From positions 384,001 through 448,000 of the forward strand of contig CAVXWP010000002.1 of NCBI GenBank assembly GCA_963765495.1: 64,000 nucleotides of DNA, written 5' to 3'. Source of the stretch: Blastocatellia bacterium (GTDB lineage Bacteria; Acidobacteriota; Blastocatellia; UBA7656). How positions within the stretch are numbered: the first letter of the stretch is position 1; every line of letters starts with the position of its first letter. Position numbers and translations under genes: made by a program. This document shows, one piece after another, positions 50,596 to 64,000 of the stretch. The notes under the pieces are model-generated. The model made no database searches. It saw nothing but the letters and a program-made list of their open reading frames with translations, and had not been told where the DNA came from.

Positions 50596-51228
50596 CTACA
50601 TATTCGCCTTCTTAATCAACACGTACGCGCCGTTAGGACCGGGAACCGCACCGCGAATCATCAAAAGGTTGTTCTCGGAATCAACCGCGACAACCCGAAG
50701 ATTCTTTATTGACTTGCGCTCGTTTCCCATATGGCCCGCCATACGGGTCCCCTTTATGACGCGAGACGGATAGGCCGACTGGCCTATCGAACCGGGTGCG
50801 CGGTGAAACATGGAACCGTGAGTGGCGCGCCCCCCGCCGAATCCATGCCTCTTAATAAAGCCGGCGAATCCGCGTCCTTTGGACTTACCTATCACGTCAA
50901 CCAGGTCGTTCTCGTTGAAGATGTCAACCAGCACCTTGTCTCCGACATTCGTGCTTTCATCGCCGCCGTCAACGCGCACTTCTCTGAGCACGCGGGTGGG
51001 TGGCACGCCGGCCCGCTTGAAGTGTCCTTCCGTGGGCTTATTTATTCGACGCGGCGGCCGTTCCTCTACGAATCCCAACTGAATGGCGTTATAACCGTCA
51101 GTATTGACCGTCTTCTTTTGAACGACGATGCAGGGGCCGGCCTTTATCACCGTAACAGGTGTCACCGAGCCATCCGGCGCGAATAACTGGGTCATACCGA
51201 GCTTCTTACCGATTATTCCGTTGACCAT
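50596..51228 (-). CDS. rplC: 50S ribosomal protein L3
   Basis: [38 protein letters not shown]. Confidence 0.98.
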   Translation of the reverse strand: MVNGIIGKKLGMTQLFAPDGSVTPVTVIKAGPCIVVQKKTVNTDGYNAIQLGFVEERPPRRINKPTEGHFKRAGVPPTRVLREVRVDGGDESTNVGDKVLVDIFNENDLVDVIGKSKGRGFAGFIKRHGFGGGRATHGSMFHRAPGSIGQSAYPSRVIKGTRMAGHMGNERKSIKNLRVVAVDSENNLLMIRGAVPGPNGAYVLIKKANM

Positions 51229-51240
51229 AGCAACCTTCAA

Positions 51241-51322
51241 TTAAGTTATGAGTTTTGAATTTTAAGTTTTGAGTTAGAGGAATTCACTGAATTCAAAACT
51301 CATAACTCATAACTCAAAACTC
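51241..51322. repeat. inverted heptamer element (TGAGTTW family), rpsJ-rplC junction
   Basis: TAAGTTA TGAGTTT TGAATTT TAAGTTT TGAGTTA, then AATTCAA AACTCAT AACTCAT AACTCAA AACTC. Confidence 0.9.
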
Positions 51323-51649
51323 TTACTTGTGGTCCTTGCCGAAGGCCTTGATTTCAACATCAACGCCCGCAGGCAGGTCCAGCTTCATCAGTGCGTCCAC
51401 CGTCTGAGGTGTCGGATCAAGAATATCCATGAGCCGTTTGTGAGTGCGAATCTCAAATTGCTCGCGCGACTTCTTATCCACGTGCGGACTGCGCAAAACG
51501 GTATATTTGTTCTTGACCGTAGGCAGTGGGATTGGCCCCGCCACCCGTGCACCCGTTCGCTTGGCCGTGTCAACTATCTCAGCAGTTGACTGATCAAGCA
51601 CGCGGTAGTCATACGCCTTCAGCCGGATTCTTATCTTTTCATTTAGCAT
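51323..51649 (-). CDS. rpsJ: 30S ribosomal protein S10
   Basis: [29 protein letters not shown]. Confidence 0.98.
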   Translation of the reverse strand: MLNEKIRIRLKAYDYRVLDQSTAEIVDTAKRTGARVAGPIPLPTVKNKYTVLRSPHVDKKSREQFEIRTHKRLMDILDPTPQTVDALMKLDLPAGVDVEIKAFGKDHK

Positions 51650-51715
51650 ATTGCTACCTCAGTCAGATTCGCTGTCACAGGCCGGATTCGCCCGACACTC
51701 GACGCGAATAACTGA

Positions 51716-52903
51716 CTATTCAATGACCTCGGAGATAGTGCCTGCTCCTACCGTTCGCCCTCCCTCTCGGATCGCGAACCTCAACCCCTTCTCCATCGCT
51801 ATCGGCGTGATCAATTCCACTTCCAATGCACTGTTGTCTCCTGGCATCACCATCTCTACTCCTTCTGCCAACTGCGCCACTCCCGTCACATCCGTCGTAC
51901 GAAAGTAAAACTGCGGCCGGTACCCGCTGAAAAACGGCGTGTGTCGCCCTCCCTCTTCCTTCGTCAAGACATACACTTCCGCCTTGAACTTCGTGTGCGG
52001 CGTGATCGACCCTGGCTTCGCTATCACCTGCCCTCGCTCTACCTCTCTTCGCTCCACTCCTCTCAACAACAACCCCACGTTGTCTCCTGCCATCCCAGAG
52101 TCCAACAACTTCTTGAACATCTCCACTCCCGTCACCACCGTCTTGCGAGTCGGCTTCATCCCCACTATCTCTACATCCTCTCCTACCTTCACCTGCCCTC
52201 GCTCGATTCGCCCTGTCGCTACCGTACCTCTCCCGCTGATCGTGAATATATCTTCCACTGGCATCAAAAACGGCTTGTCAACTTCTCGCTCCGGCTGCGG
52301 AATGTAGCTGTCTACGGCTTCCATCAACTCGTCTATGTTCTTCTCCCAGTCCCCTTCTCCGTTCAACGCTCCCAAGGCCGATCCTCTCACCACTGGAATG
52401 TCGTCTCCTGGAAATCCATAACTCGATAGCAACTCTCTTACTTCCAACTCCACCAGATCCAGCAACTCCTCGTCATCTACGGCATCGACCTTGTTCATAA
52501 AGACGACCATCGCTGGCACGCCCACCTGTCGGGCCAAAAGTATGTGCTCGCGAGTCTGAGGCATTGGACCGTCTGTGGCTGCAACGACAAGGATCGCCCC
52601 GTCCATCTGAGCCGCGCCCGTGATCATGTTCTTGATGTAATCGGCGTGGCCCGGGCAATCGACGTGAGCATAGTGGCGGTTAGCCGTCTCGTACTCAACG
52701 TGAGCAGTGGCAATCGTGATACCGCGAGCCTTCTCTTCGGGTGCGTTGTCGATGGAATCGAAGGACCGGAAGGTGATCTTAGGGTTATGCTTAGCAAGCA
52801 CCTTGGTGATAGCAGCGGTCAAAGTGGTCTTGCCGTGGTCGATGTGTCCGATGGTGCCGACGTTGACGTGCGGCTTTGACCTGTCAAATTTCTCCTTGCC
52901 CAT
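51716..52903 (-). CDS. tuf: elongation factor Tu
   Basis: [38 protein letters not shown]. Confidence 0.99.
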   Translation of the reverse strand: MGKEKFDRSKPHVNVGTIGHIDHGKTTLTAAITKVLAKHNPKITFRSFDSIDNAPEEKARGITIATAHVEYETANRHYAHVDCPGHADYIKNMITGAAQMDGAILVVAATDGPMPQTREHILLARQVGVPAMVVFMNKVDAVDDEELLDLVELEVRELLSSYGFPGDDIPVVRGSALGALNGEGDWEKNIDELMEAVDSYIPQPEREVDKPFLMPVEDIFTISGRGTVATGRIERGQVKVGEDVEIVGMKPTRKTVVTGVEMFKKLLDSGMAGDNVGLLLRGVERREVERGQVIAKPGSITPHTKFKAEVYVLTKEEGGRHTPFFSGYRPQFYFRTTDVTGVAQLAEGVEMVMPGDNSALEVELITPIAMEKGLRFAIREGGRTVGAGTISEVIE

Positions 52904-52964
52904 AACTATTCAGCTCCTTTTTCCGCGAACGCGCCAGGGCGCTCGCCTGAGATGGAAAATTAAT

Positions 52965-55064
52965 CTATCTGGCAGTGCCCTGCACCTTTGCGATTATCTC
53001 TTCGCGCACGCTTCGCGGCGCTTCTTCATAACTATTAAAGTGCATCGTATAGGTCGCGCGCCCCTGCGTCATCGAGCGTAGATCGGTCGAATAACCGAAC
53101 ATCTCCGACAACGGCACAAGCGAGGTAATGATCTGTGTGCCGGGCATCGAATCGATGTGTTCGATGCGACCACGACGAGAGTTTATATCTCCGGTGATCG
53201 ACCCCATGTACTCCTCGGGCGCTACGACTTCGACCTTCATAACCGGCTCAAGCAGCACGGGATTGGCTCTATTTGCCGCGTCCTTGAAGGCCATCGAACC
53301 CGCGATCTTGAAGGCCATCTCCGAAGAGTCAACATCGTGGTAGCTGCCAAAGTGCAGCGTGGCCTTGATGTCCACCATTTCGTATCCCGCGAGCACGCCG
53401 CCTTCCATCGCTTCCTTGATGCCCTGCTCGATGGGCTTTATGTATTCGCGAGGCACGACGCCGCCCACTATGGCATTGACGAATTCAAAACCGGTTCCCG
53501 GCTCAAGCGGCTCGAGCTTGACTTCGGCGTGGCCGTACTGACCGCGACCGCCGGTTTGCCGAACGAATTTGCCGACGCCTTCCGACGCTTTGCGAATCGT
53601 CTCGCGATAAGCGACCTGCGGGCGACCTACGTTTGCGTCAACCCCGAACTCGCGCTTGAGGCGATCCACAAGGATTTCGAGGTGAAGCTCACCCATGCCG
53701 CTGATGATCGTCTGGCCGGTCTCCTGATCGGTCGCGACCTTGAAGCTCGGGTCTTCGGCGGCGAGCCGCTGAAGTCCGAAACTGAGCTTTTCCTGATCCT
53801 GTCGGGTCTTTGGTTCGATTGCCTGAGCGATGACAGGCGCGGGGAATTCCAGGGCTTCAAGTATGATGGGTCGGGATTCTTCGCAAATCGTATCGCCGGT
53901 CGTCACCTGCTTGAGACCCGCTATGGCGACTATCTCACCGGCTGAAGCCTGCTCGATGTCTTCGCGTTTATTGGCGTGCATTCGCATGATTCGACCCACT
54001 CGCTCCTTAGAGCCCTTGGTCGAATTCAGCGTGTACGAACCCGTCTTGAGCGTGCCGGAGTAGATGCGAACGAACGAAAGCTGGCCAATGTGTTTGTCGG
54101 CCATGATCTTGAATACCAGCCCCGAAAACGGCGCTTTAGAATCAGGCTCGCGCTCTTCCTCTTCACCTGTTTTCGGATTGATGCCCGTTACCGCCTTCAC
54201 ATCGAGCGGGCTGGGGAGATAATCAATCACTCCGTCGAGAAGCGGCTGCACGCCTTTGTTCTTGAATGCCGTACCCGCAAGCACCGGAACGAGCTTCAGC
54301 GCGATGGTCTCGCGGCGCAAGGCCGCGCGAATTTCGTCTGCGGAAATCTCTTCGCCGCCAAGATATTTTTCGGCGATCTGGTCGTCTGCATCCGCGAGGG
54401 CCTCTATCATCCGTTCTCGCGCCGCTTCGGCTTCGTCCCGCAATTCCGAAGGGATTTCAGTAACATCCGGGACAGCGCCTTTATCTTCCGCGTTGTAAAT
54501 GATGGCATTCATCTCGACCAGATCAATTATTCCCTGAAATTGATCTTCCGCGCCGATAGGCATCTGCACGGGGACGGGATTGGCCCCCAGACGATCTCGA
54601 ATGGTTTGAACTGAGTAATCGAAATTTGCGCCCGGTCGGTCCATCTTGTTCATGAAAGCGATACGCGGGACGCTGTATTTGTCGGCCTGTCGCCAGACAG
54701 TTTCCGACTGCGGCTGCACGCCTGCGACCGCGTCAAAGACCGCGACCGCGCCGTCGAGCACGCGAAGGGAACGCTCTACTTCGATGGTGAAATCGACGTG
54801 GCCGGGCGTATCAATGATATTGACCCGGTAATCTTCGCCGTTGCGCGGCCAGAAACAGGTGGTAGCAGCCGATGTAATCGTGATGCCGCGCTCCTGTTCC
54901 TGCTCCATCCAATCCATAACGGCTGTGCCTTCGTGCACCTCGCCGATCTTGTAGGACACGCCCGTGTAATAGAGAATGCGCTCAGTCGTCGTGGTTTTAC
55001 CCGCGTCGATATGAGCCATGATTCCTATGTTGCGGAATCTATTTAATGGTGCCTGCTTAGACAT
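52965..55064 (-). CDS. fusA: elongation factor G
   Basis: [35 protein letters not shown]. Confidence 0.99.
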   Translation of the reverse strand: MSKQAPLNRFRNIGIMAHIDAGKTTTTERILYYTGVSYKIGEVHEGTAVMDWMEQEQERGITITSAATTCFWPRNGEDYRVNIIDTPGHVDFTIEVERSLRVLDGAVAVFDAVAGVQPQSETVWRQADKYSVPRIAFMNKMDRPGANFDYSVQTIRDRLGANPVPVQMPIGAEDQFQGIIDLVEMNAIIYNAEDKGAVPDVTEIPSELRDEAEAARERMIEALADADDQIAEKYLGGEEISADEIRAALRRETIALKLVPVLAGTAFKNKGVQPLLDGVIDYLPSPLDVKAVTGINPKTGEEEEREPDSKAPFSGLVFKIMADKHIGQLSFVRIYSGTLKTGSYTLNSTKGSKERVGRIMRMHANKREDIEQASAGEIVAIAGLKQVTTGDTICEESRPIILEALEFPAPVIAQAIEPKTRQDQEKLSFGLQRLAAEDPSFKVATDQETGQTIISGMGELHLEILVDRLKREFGVDANVGRPQVAYRETIRKASEGVGKFVRQTGGRGQYGHAEVKLEPLEPGTGFEFVNAIVGGVVPREYIKPIEQGIKEAMEGGVLAGYEMVDIKATLHFGSYHDVDSSEMAFKIAGSMAFKDAANRANPVLLEPVMKVEVVAPEEYMGSITGDINSRRGRIEHIDSMPGTQIITSLVPLSEMFGYSTDLRSMTQGRATYTMHFNSYEEAPRSVREEIIAKVQGTAR

Positions 55065-55073
55065 AATCTTCCA

Positions 55074-55176
55074 GTGATTCGTGATATGTGAAGCGTGATT
55101 CGTGAACTATGCGAGAGGCTGTGTATCAGCCAAACACTCGACGGTCACACGTCACGCATTACGCATCGCGTTTCAC
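55074..55176. repeat. inverted heptamer element (CGTGATT family), rpsG-fusA junction
   Basis: GTGATT CGTGATA TGTGAAG CGTGATT CGTGAA, then TCACA CGTCACG CATTACG CATCGCG TTTCAC. Confidence 0.8.
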
Positions 55177-55178
55177 TC

Positions 55179-55652
55179 CTACCACCTGTAATGGGCGAAT
55201 GCCTTGTTGGCATCGGCCATTCTGTGTGTATCATCTTTCTTCTTGACCGCATTGCCGCGATTCGAGGCGGCGTCGAGGATCTCTCCTGCGAGGCGGTCCG
55301 TCATAGTCTTTTCGCCACGCCCGCGCGCGTAGCTGATCAGCCACCGTATGGCGAGGCTGTTGCCTCGCGAGCGCTGATCAACCTCTATGGGAACCTGATA
55401 GGTCGAGCCGCCCACGCGGCGCGACTTCACTTCTACGCGGGGCTTGACGTTGTCAATAGCCTTCTTGAAGAGCTTGAGTGGTTCTTCCTGCGTCTTCTGT
55501 TGTATCTGATTCATCGCGTCATAGAAGATGCCTTCGGCCACAGACTTTTTGCCGTCCCACATCAGTGAGTTGATGAACCGGGTCACCATAGTCGAGTTAT
55601 AGATGGGGTCCGGCAGAATCTCGCGTCTCGCTGCTACTCGTCTTCTTGGCAT
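55179..55652 (-). CDS. rpsG: 30S ribosomal protein S7
   Basis: [32 protein letters not shown]. Confidence 0.98.
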   Translation of the reverse strand: MPRRRVAARREILPDPIYNSTMVTRFINSLMWDGKKSVAEGIFYDAMNQIQQKTQEEPLKLFKKAIDNVKPRVEVKSRRVGGSTYQVPIEVDQRSRGNSLAIRWLISYARGRGEKTMTDRLAGEILDAASNRGNAVKKKDDTHRMADANKAFAHYRW

Positions 55653-55756
55653 AAGAACCTAATCACAATGCCGGTTCACTATCCGGCGGGTTTCGAGCCC
55701 CTTGGGGCTTCTCTCACTTTAGGCAACCTTTGCGGGCTGCCGTTACCGCTTCCTGT

Positions 55757-56149
55757 CTACTTCTTGGCAGGTGAAGCTTCCTTCGGTCGCTTGGCTCCAT
55801 ACTTGGAGCGACCCTGCTTGCGACCCTGCACGCCTACCGAATCGAGCGTGCCGCGTACTACGTGATAACGCACACCCGGCAAATCCTTGACGCGGCCTCC
55901 GCGAATGAGCACTATCGAGTGCTCCTGAAGGTTGTGCCCGATGCCGGGGATATAAGTAGTGACTTCGATCTGATTCGTCAGGCGGACGCGCGCCACCTTG
56001 CGCAGAGCCGAGTTCGGCTTCTTGGGCGTCTGAGTGTAGACGCGAGTGCAAACGCCACGCTTCTGCGGGCTTGCGTTCAAGGCCGGGCTTGAAGTCTTAT
56101 ACTTAACCTTCTGGCGTCCTTTACGGACTAATTGATTGAGTGTCGGCAC
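55757..56149 (-). CDS. rpsL: 30S ribosomal protein S12
   Basis: [29 protein letters not shown]; GTG start after GAGGAG. Confidence 0.98.
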   Translation of the reverse strand: MPTLNQLVRKGRQKVKYKTSSPALNASPQKRGVCTRVYTQTPKKPNSALRKVARVRLTNQIEVTTYIPGIGHNLQEHSIVLIRGGRVKDLPGVRYHVVRGTLDSVGVQGRKQGRSKYGAKRPKEASPAKK

Positions 56150-56462
56150 GCTTTTGCTCCTCTCAACTTCTGCCTAATAAGAGCGCAAGATGGCGAAGCG
56201 GCGCTTGCCACTGTGCGCGGTTACCCTGAAAGGGCTTCTGTAAAACTGTTTCCGGGGATGTTCTGAAAGCTGATGCGGATCCGGCCTCCCCCTAGCCTAA
56301 CTTTTCTGTGGCGTGAGTTCAGAAAACTGCGCTTGGTATCGGGAAGGCAGCGTTTCCTCTGCTTCCTTTTACGCCACAATAACGTTTATTCCGCGTCCGG
56401 TTTCAATCAAATGACGCCTCCGCATGTTCAGAACCAAAAAGCGTCATTGCACCAAACGATAG

Positions 56463-56491
56463 ACTATACCTATTGGATTTCTTCTTGTCAA
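56463..56491 (-). promoter_or_regulatory. sigma70 promoter of the str operon
   Basis: TTGACA-N17-TATAGT on the minus strand, about 310 nt upstream of rpsL. Confidence 0.75.
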
Positions 56492-57035
56492 CCCCGCCGA
56501 ATGAATGAATGCGGCGGATGGCTAATTGATCGGGCCATTCGGTTTTAATGAAAAACAATAGACGGCGTCGATCTTGCTCGTGCCCTCGGCTTCACTCATA
56601 AGAAGATTCCCTGTGCTTCTACTCTTCACACATTATTTTTCAACATCGATAGACAGCAGTTTGAGGGCACACCGTCTGCCTGGGCTGAGAATATAACTGG
56701 TGCCACGTCTTGCCCGGCTACGTGGAAACACATAGAAAAATGCGTGTTCCCATGTAGATAAAATACGTAGTTTCCCGGATTCACAAAACCGACCCGCCGA
56801 GTCATAATGCTAGCAATAAGCAACATAAGCTCATTAACATACCACGTAGCCGGTCGCTTCTGCCCAAGCGACCGGACTTTATAATAACGTGACTGAGGCT
56901 CAGGATAAAAATCCTGAGCGCGGCTCACAACCCCTGGCTCTTTAAGGTATACCTGGAATTATGCAGGGAGTCGAAAGTGGAATAGAATGTTGGTCTTTTG
57001 AACAACATACCCCCCTTTCTAACCCCTGCAAAAGT

Positions 57036-57075
57036 TGAGGGAAGAAAAACCTGCTTCAAGGTTTTTCTTCCCTCA
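57036..57075 (-). terminator. intrinsic terminator after rpoC
   Basis: TGAGGGAAGAAAAACCT-gcttca-AGGTTTTTCTTCCCTCA, 17-bp stem followed by a T-run on the minus strand. Confidence 0.75.
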
Positions 57076-57107
57076 TTCATTGTTCAGATGCTACGCCTCT
57101 GTATGGA

Positions 57108-61348
<4,241 letters not shown>

Positions 61349-61381
61349 GTTTTCTGTTACCTTCCTCCGTCAGGAGTGTAA

Positions 61382-61476
61382 CGTGATTGGTGATCCGTGA
61401 TTTTCAGGCAGTCGGCCTTAACCGAGTGCTTGCCCCTTCGGGTCACGAATCACGAATCACGAATCACTAAATCATT
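61382..61476. repeat. inverted heptamer element (CGTGATT family), rpoB-rpoC junction
   Basis: CGTGATT GGTGATC CGTGATT, then GTCACG (AATCACG)2 AATCACT AAATCA; overlaps the rpoB stop TGA. Confidence 0.85.
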
Positions 61477-64000
61477 CAACAACCTCTTCTTCGCTGCGGC
61501 GCATCAACTCAACATCGAGACAGAGCGATTGAAGCTCGCGGATCAAAACGTTGAACGATTCGGGCACGCCGGGATCGAAATCGGCCTCGCCCTTCACGAT
61601 GGCCTCGTAAATCTTCGAACGCCCGGCCACATCGTCAGACTTTGCGGTCAGCAATTCCTGAAGGATGTGCGCGGCTCCATAGGCTTCGAGCGCCCACACT
61701 TCCATCTCTCCGAATCGCTGGCCGCCAAACTGCGCCTTGCCGCCCAGCGGTTGCTGCGTGATGAGCGAGTACGGCCCGATTGAACGCGCGTGAATCTTGT
61801 CGTCTACCAGGTGCGAGAGCTTCATCATGTAGATGTAACCCACGGTCACCTTCTGCTCGAAAGGCTCGCCCGACATTCCATCGTAGAGTATGGTCTTCCC
61901 CGATGTAGGCAGGTTGGCGAATGAGAGCAGATGCTTGATCTCCGCCTCGTGCGCGCCGTCAAATACCGGCGAGGCAAACGGTATCCCTTCGACATAATGC
62001 TGAGCGTGCTCGACGATGGCTTCATCAGACAATGCCGAGTACTGATCCCGAGACTCGGGCGTCGGGAAGATTTCGTGATATATCTTGCGAACCTCCTCGA
62101 CGCGATTTTCTGTCGAAAGCGCCTTCTCGATTATTTCGCCCACGGATTTCGACGCCCATCCGAGATGCGTTTCCAAAATCTGGCCTACGTTCATTCGCGA
62201 AGGAACGCCAAGCGGATTGAGCACGATCTCGACCGGCGTGCCGTCGGGGAGATAAGGCATCTCCTCTTCGGGGAGGATTCGCGCGATGACGCCCTTGTTG
62301 CCGTGGCGGCCCGCCATCTTGTCGCCGACCGAGAGTTTTCTCTTCATCGCCACAAAGACCTTGACCATCTTGATGACGCCCGGCGGCAACTCGTCGCCCT
62401 TCTTTAGCTTCTCGATGTTCTCCTGATGAAGCTGTTTTTGAACGCTCACCTGACGCTCGGTGCGGCGCTCGATCTCAGCTATCTCTCCCTGCACGTCGAG
62501 GCGCGAGCTTGTCACATCGATGCGGCGAAGCGCGCCGATGTCGAGCTGATCGAGGTCTTCATGCGTGAGCTTGGTCCCCTTCGCAAGCAGCTTCTTGCCC
62601 TTATAGTTCAGGTCTTCGGCCAGCTTCTGCCCCTCCAGCAACTCATAGATACGCTTGTTGCGCTCGTCTTCGAGAATACGAATCTCGTCGTGGAGGTTCT
62701 TGAGCAGTTTCTCTTCCTCGGCCTGTTCGATAGACATCGAGCGCTCATCTTTTTCAGCGCCCTTGCGGGTAAAGACCTTCACGTCAACCACGGTCCCATC
62801 AATACCCGGTGGGCAGGTGAGGCTTGCATCGCGCACGTCGCCCGCCTTCTCGCCGAAGATGGCGCGCAGCAGTTTTTCTTCTGCCGTAAGCTGGGTCTCG
62901 CCCTTGGGCGTGACTTTGCCTACGAGTATCGAGCCGGGCTTGACGCTCGCTCCTATTCGGATAATGCCCGAATCGTCAAGATCGCGCAGGGCTGATTCCG
63001 AAACATTCGGAATATCGCGCGTGATCTCTTCGGGTCCGAGTTTGGTGTCGCGGGCTTCGACTTCAAGCTCTTCGATGTGAATGGATGTGAAGGAATCTTC
63101 CTTCACAAGCTTTTCAGAAACCAGGATAGCGTCTTCAAAGTTGTATCCGCGCCACGGCATGAAGGCCACAAGCACGTTGCGACCGAGCGCCAGTTCCCCG
63201 CCCTGCGTGCAGGGACCGTCGGCAATCACATCGCCCTTCTTTATTGGCTGCCCTTCCTGCACAATAGGCTTCTGATTTATACAGGTGTTCTGGTTAGAGC
63301 GTTTGAACTTTGTAAGCGCGTAAATATCGGCGTTGATTTCGCGCGATGTAGTCCCGCCGAGTATCCCGTGCTCGGCGCGAATGATCACGCGCTCCGAGTC
63401 TACAGAGTCAACCACGCCGTCGCGGCGAGCGATTACGACCGCGCCCGAATCCTGAGCCGTTACGCGCTCCATACCGGTCCCGACAAGCGGCGCTTCGGCC
63501 CGCAGGAGCGGAACCGACTGACGTTGCATGTTCGATCCCATCAGAGCGCGGTTCGCGTCGTCGTTTTCGAGGAACGGGATCAGCGAAGCGGCTACCGATA
63601 CGAGTTGTTTTGCGCTGACATCGAGGAACTCAAGATCTTCGCGGTCCACGAATTTGAATTCGCCGGCCTTGCGAGCGGCTGTGCGCTCCTGAACTATCCG
63701 TCCCTGTTTGTCTACCTCTACCGATGCCTGACCAATCGTGTACAGGTCTTCTTCCCACGCGGAAAGATAGAACGGATAGGGCTCGACTTCGGCTGCCTGC
63801 TTGCCTTCATCGAGTTTCTTGTTGGCGCGATCAACCTGATCCTTGGGAACGTGATCGCCCACGTGAAACTCTGTGTCGCCTGCCGCCGTGACCTTCACGT
63901 AATCGATGACGCGGCCGTTTTCCACCTTGCGGTAAGGCGATTCGATAAAGCCGAATTCGTTTATTCGCGCAAAGCAGGAGAGCGACGAAATCAATCCGAT
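61472..64000 (-). CDS. rpoB: RNA polymerase beta subunit (3' part; 5' end lies outside the window)
   Basis: [51 protein letters not shown]. Confidence 0.99.
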   Translation of the reverse strand: MGLISSLSCFARINEFGFIESPYRKVENGRVIDYVKVTAAGDTEFHVGDHVPKDQVDRANKKLDEGKQAAEVEPYPFYLSAWEEDLYTIGQASVEVDKQGRIVQERTAARKAGEFKFVDREDLEFLDVSAKQLVSVAASLIPFLENDDANRALMGSNMQRQSVPLLRAEAPLVGTGMERVTAQDSGAVVIARRDGVVDSVDSERVIIRAEHGILGGTTSREINADIYALTKFKRSNQNTCINQKPIVQEGQPIKKGDVIADGPCTQGGELALGRNVLVAFMPWRGYNFEDAILVSEKLVKEDSFTSIHIEELEVEARDTKLGPEEITRDIPNVSESALRDLDDSGIIRIGASVKPGSILVGKVTPKGETQLTAEEKLLRAIFGEKAGDVRDASLTCPPGIDGTVVDVKVFTRKGAEKDERSMSIEQAEEEKLLKNLHDEIRILEDERNKRIYELLEGQKLAEDLNYKGKKLLAKGTKLTHEDLDQLDIGALRRIDVTSSRLDVQGEIAEIERRTERQVSVQKQLHQENIEKLKKGDELPPGVIKMVKVFVAMKRKLSVGDKMAGRHGNKGVIARILPEEEMPYLPDGTPVEIVLNPLGVPSRMNVGQILETHLGWASKSVGEIIEKALSTENRVEEVRKIYHEIFPTPESRDQYSALSDEAIVEHAQHYVEGIPFASPVFDGAHEAEIKHLLSFANLPTSGKTILYDGMSGEPFEQKVTVGYIYMMKLSHLVDDKIHARSIGPYSLITQQPLGGKAQFGGQRFGEMEVWALEAYGAAHILQELLTAKSDDVAGRSKIYEAIVKGEADFDPGVPESFNVLIRELQSLCLDVELMRRSEEEVVE

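Noticed and set aside
56626-56928. 100-aa ORF between rpoC and rpsL (and 56273-56548 on the + strand)
   Set aside because: No recognisable motif or RBS and atypical composition; probably non-coding, although a small orphan gene cannot be excluded.

Overview
Bacterial chromosomal window. The EF-Tu, RpoC and ribosomal-protein sequence styles and the BACON-rich secreted proteins suggest Acidobacteriota, probably Blastocatellia-like (inference, not a database result). The left half (1-34.2 kb) is accessory/metabolic: thiolase, rhomboid protease, 3-hydroxyacyl-CoA dehydrogenase, an intact Ser/Thr kinase-UvrD helicase fusion, an orphan GAF-GAF-STAS (RsbR-like) protein, a lysophospholipase-like hydrolase, a copper island (DUF420-cupredoxin, cupredoxin, ECF sigma with ChrR-like anti-sigma, CopA), ssb, a four-gene ECF sigma / zinc anti-sigma / TPR-CHAT protease / secreted subtilase cluster, three secreted BACON-repeat proteins, thiE and accBC. 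The right half (34.4-64 kb, minus strand) is the rpoB(partial)-rpoC-str-S10-spc-alpha supercluster. Highlights: (1) a CHAT-protease/ECF signalling module resembling the Craspase output arm but without CRISPR; (2) the kinase-helicase fusion; (3) about 20 inverted 7-, 8- and 9-mer tandem-repeat elements, many sitting exactly between a stop codon and the next RBS, including 13 junctions of the ribosomal/rpo cluster; (4) an abrupt switch to purine-ending synonymous codons inside tuf; (5) a shared GAATCC-N15-GGCGTAG ECF promoter linking the sigma factor to the cupredoxin operon; (6) a long yet zinc-type S14. No rRNA, tRNA, CRISPR array or transposase was recognised. rpoC carries a probable 1-bp assembly frameshift near its 3' end.
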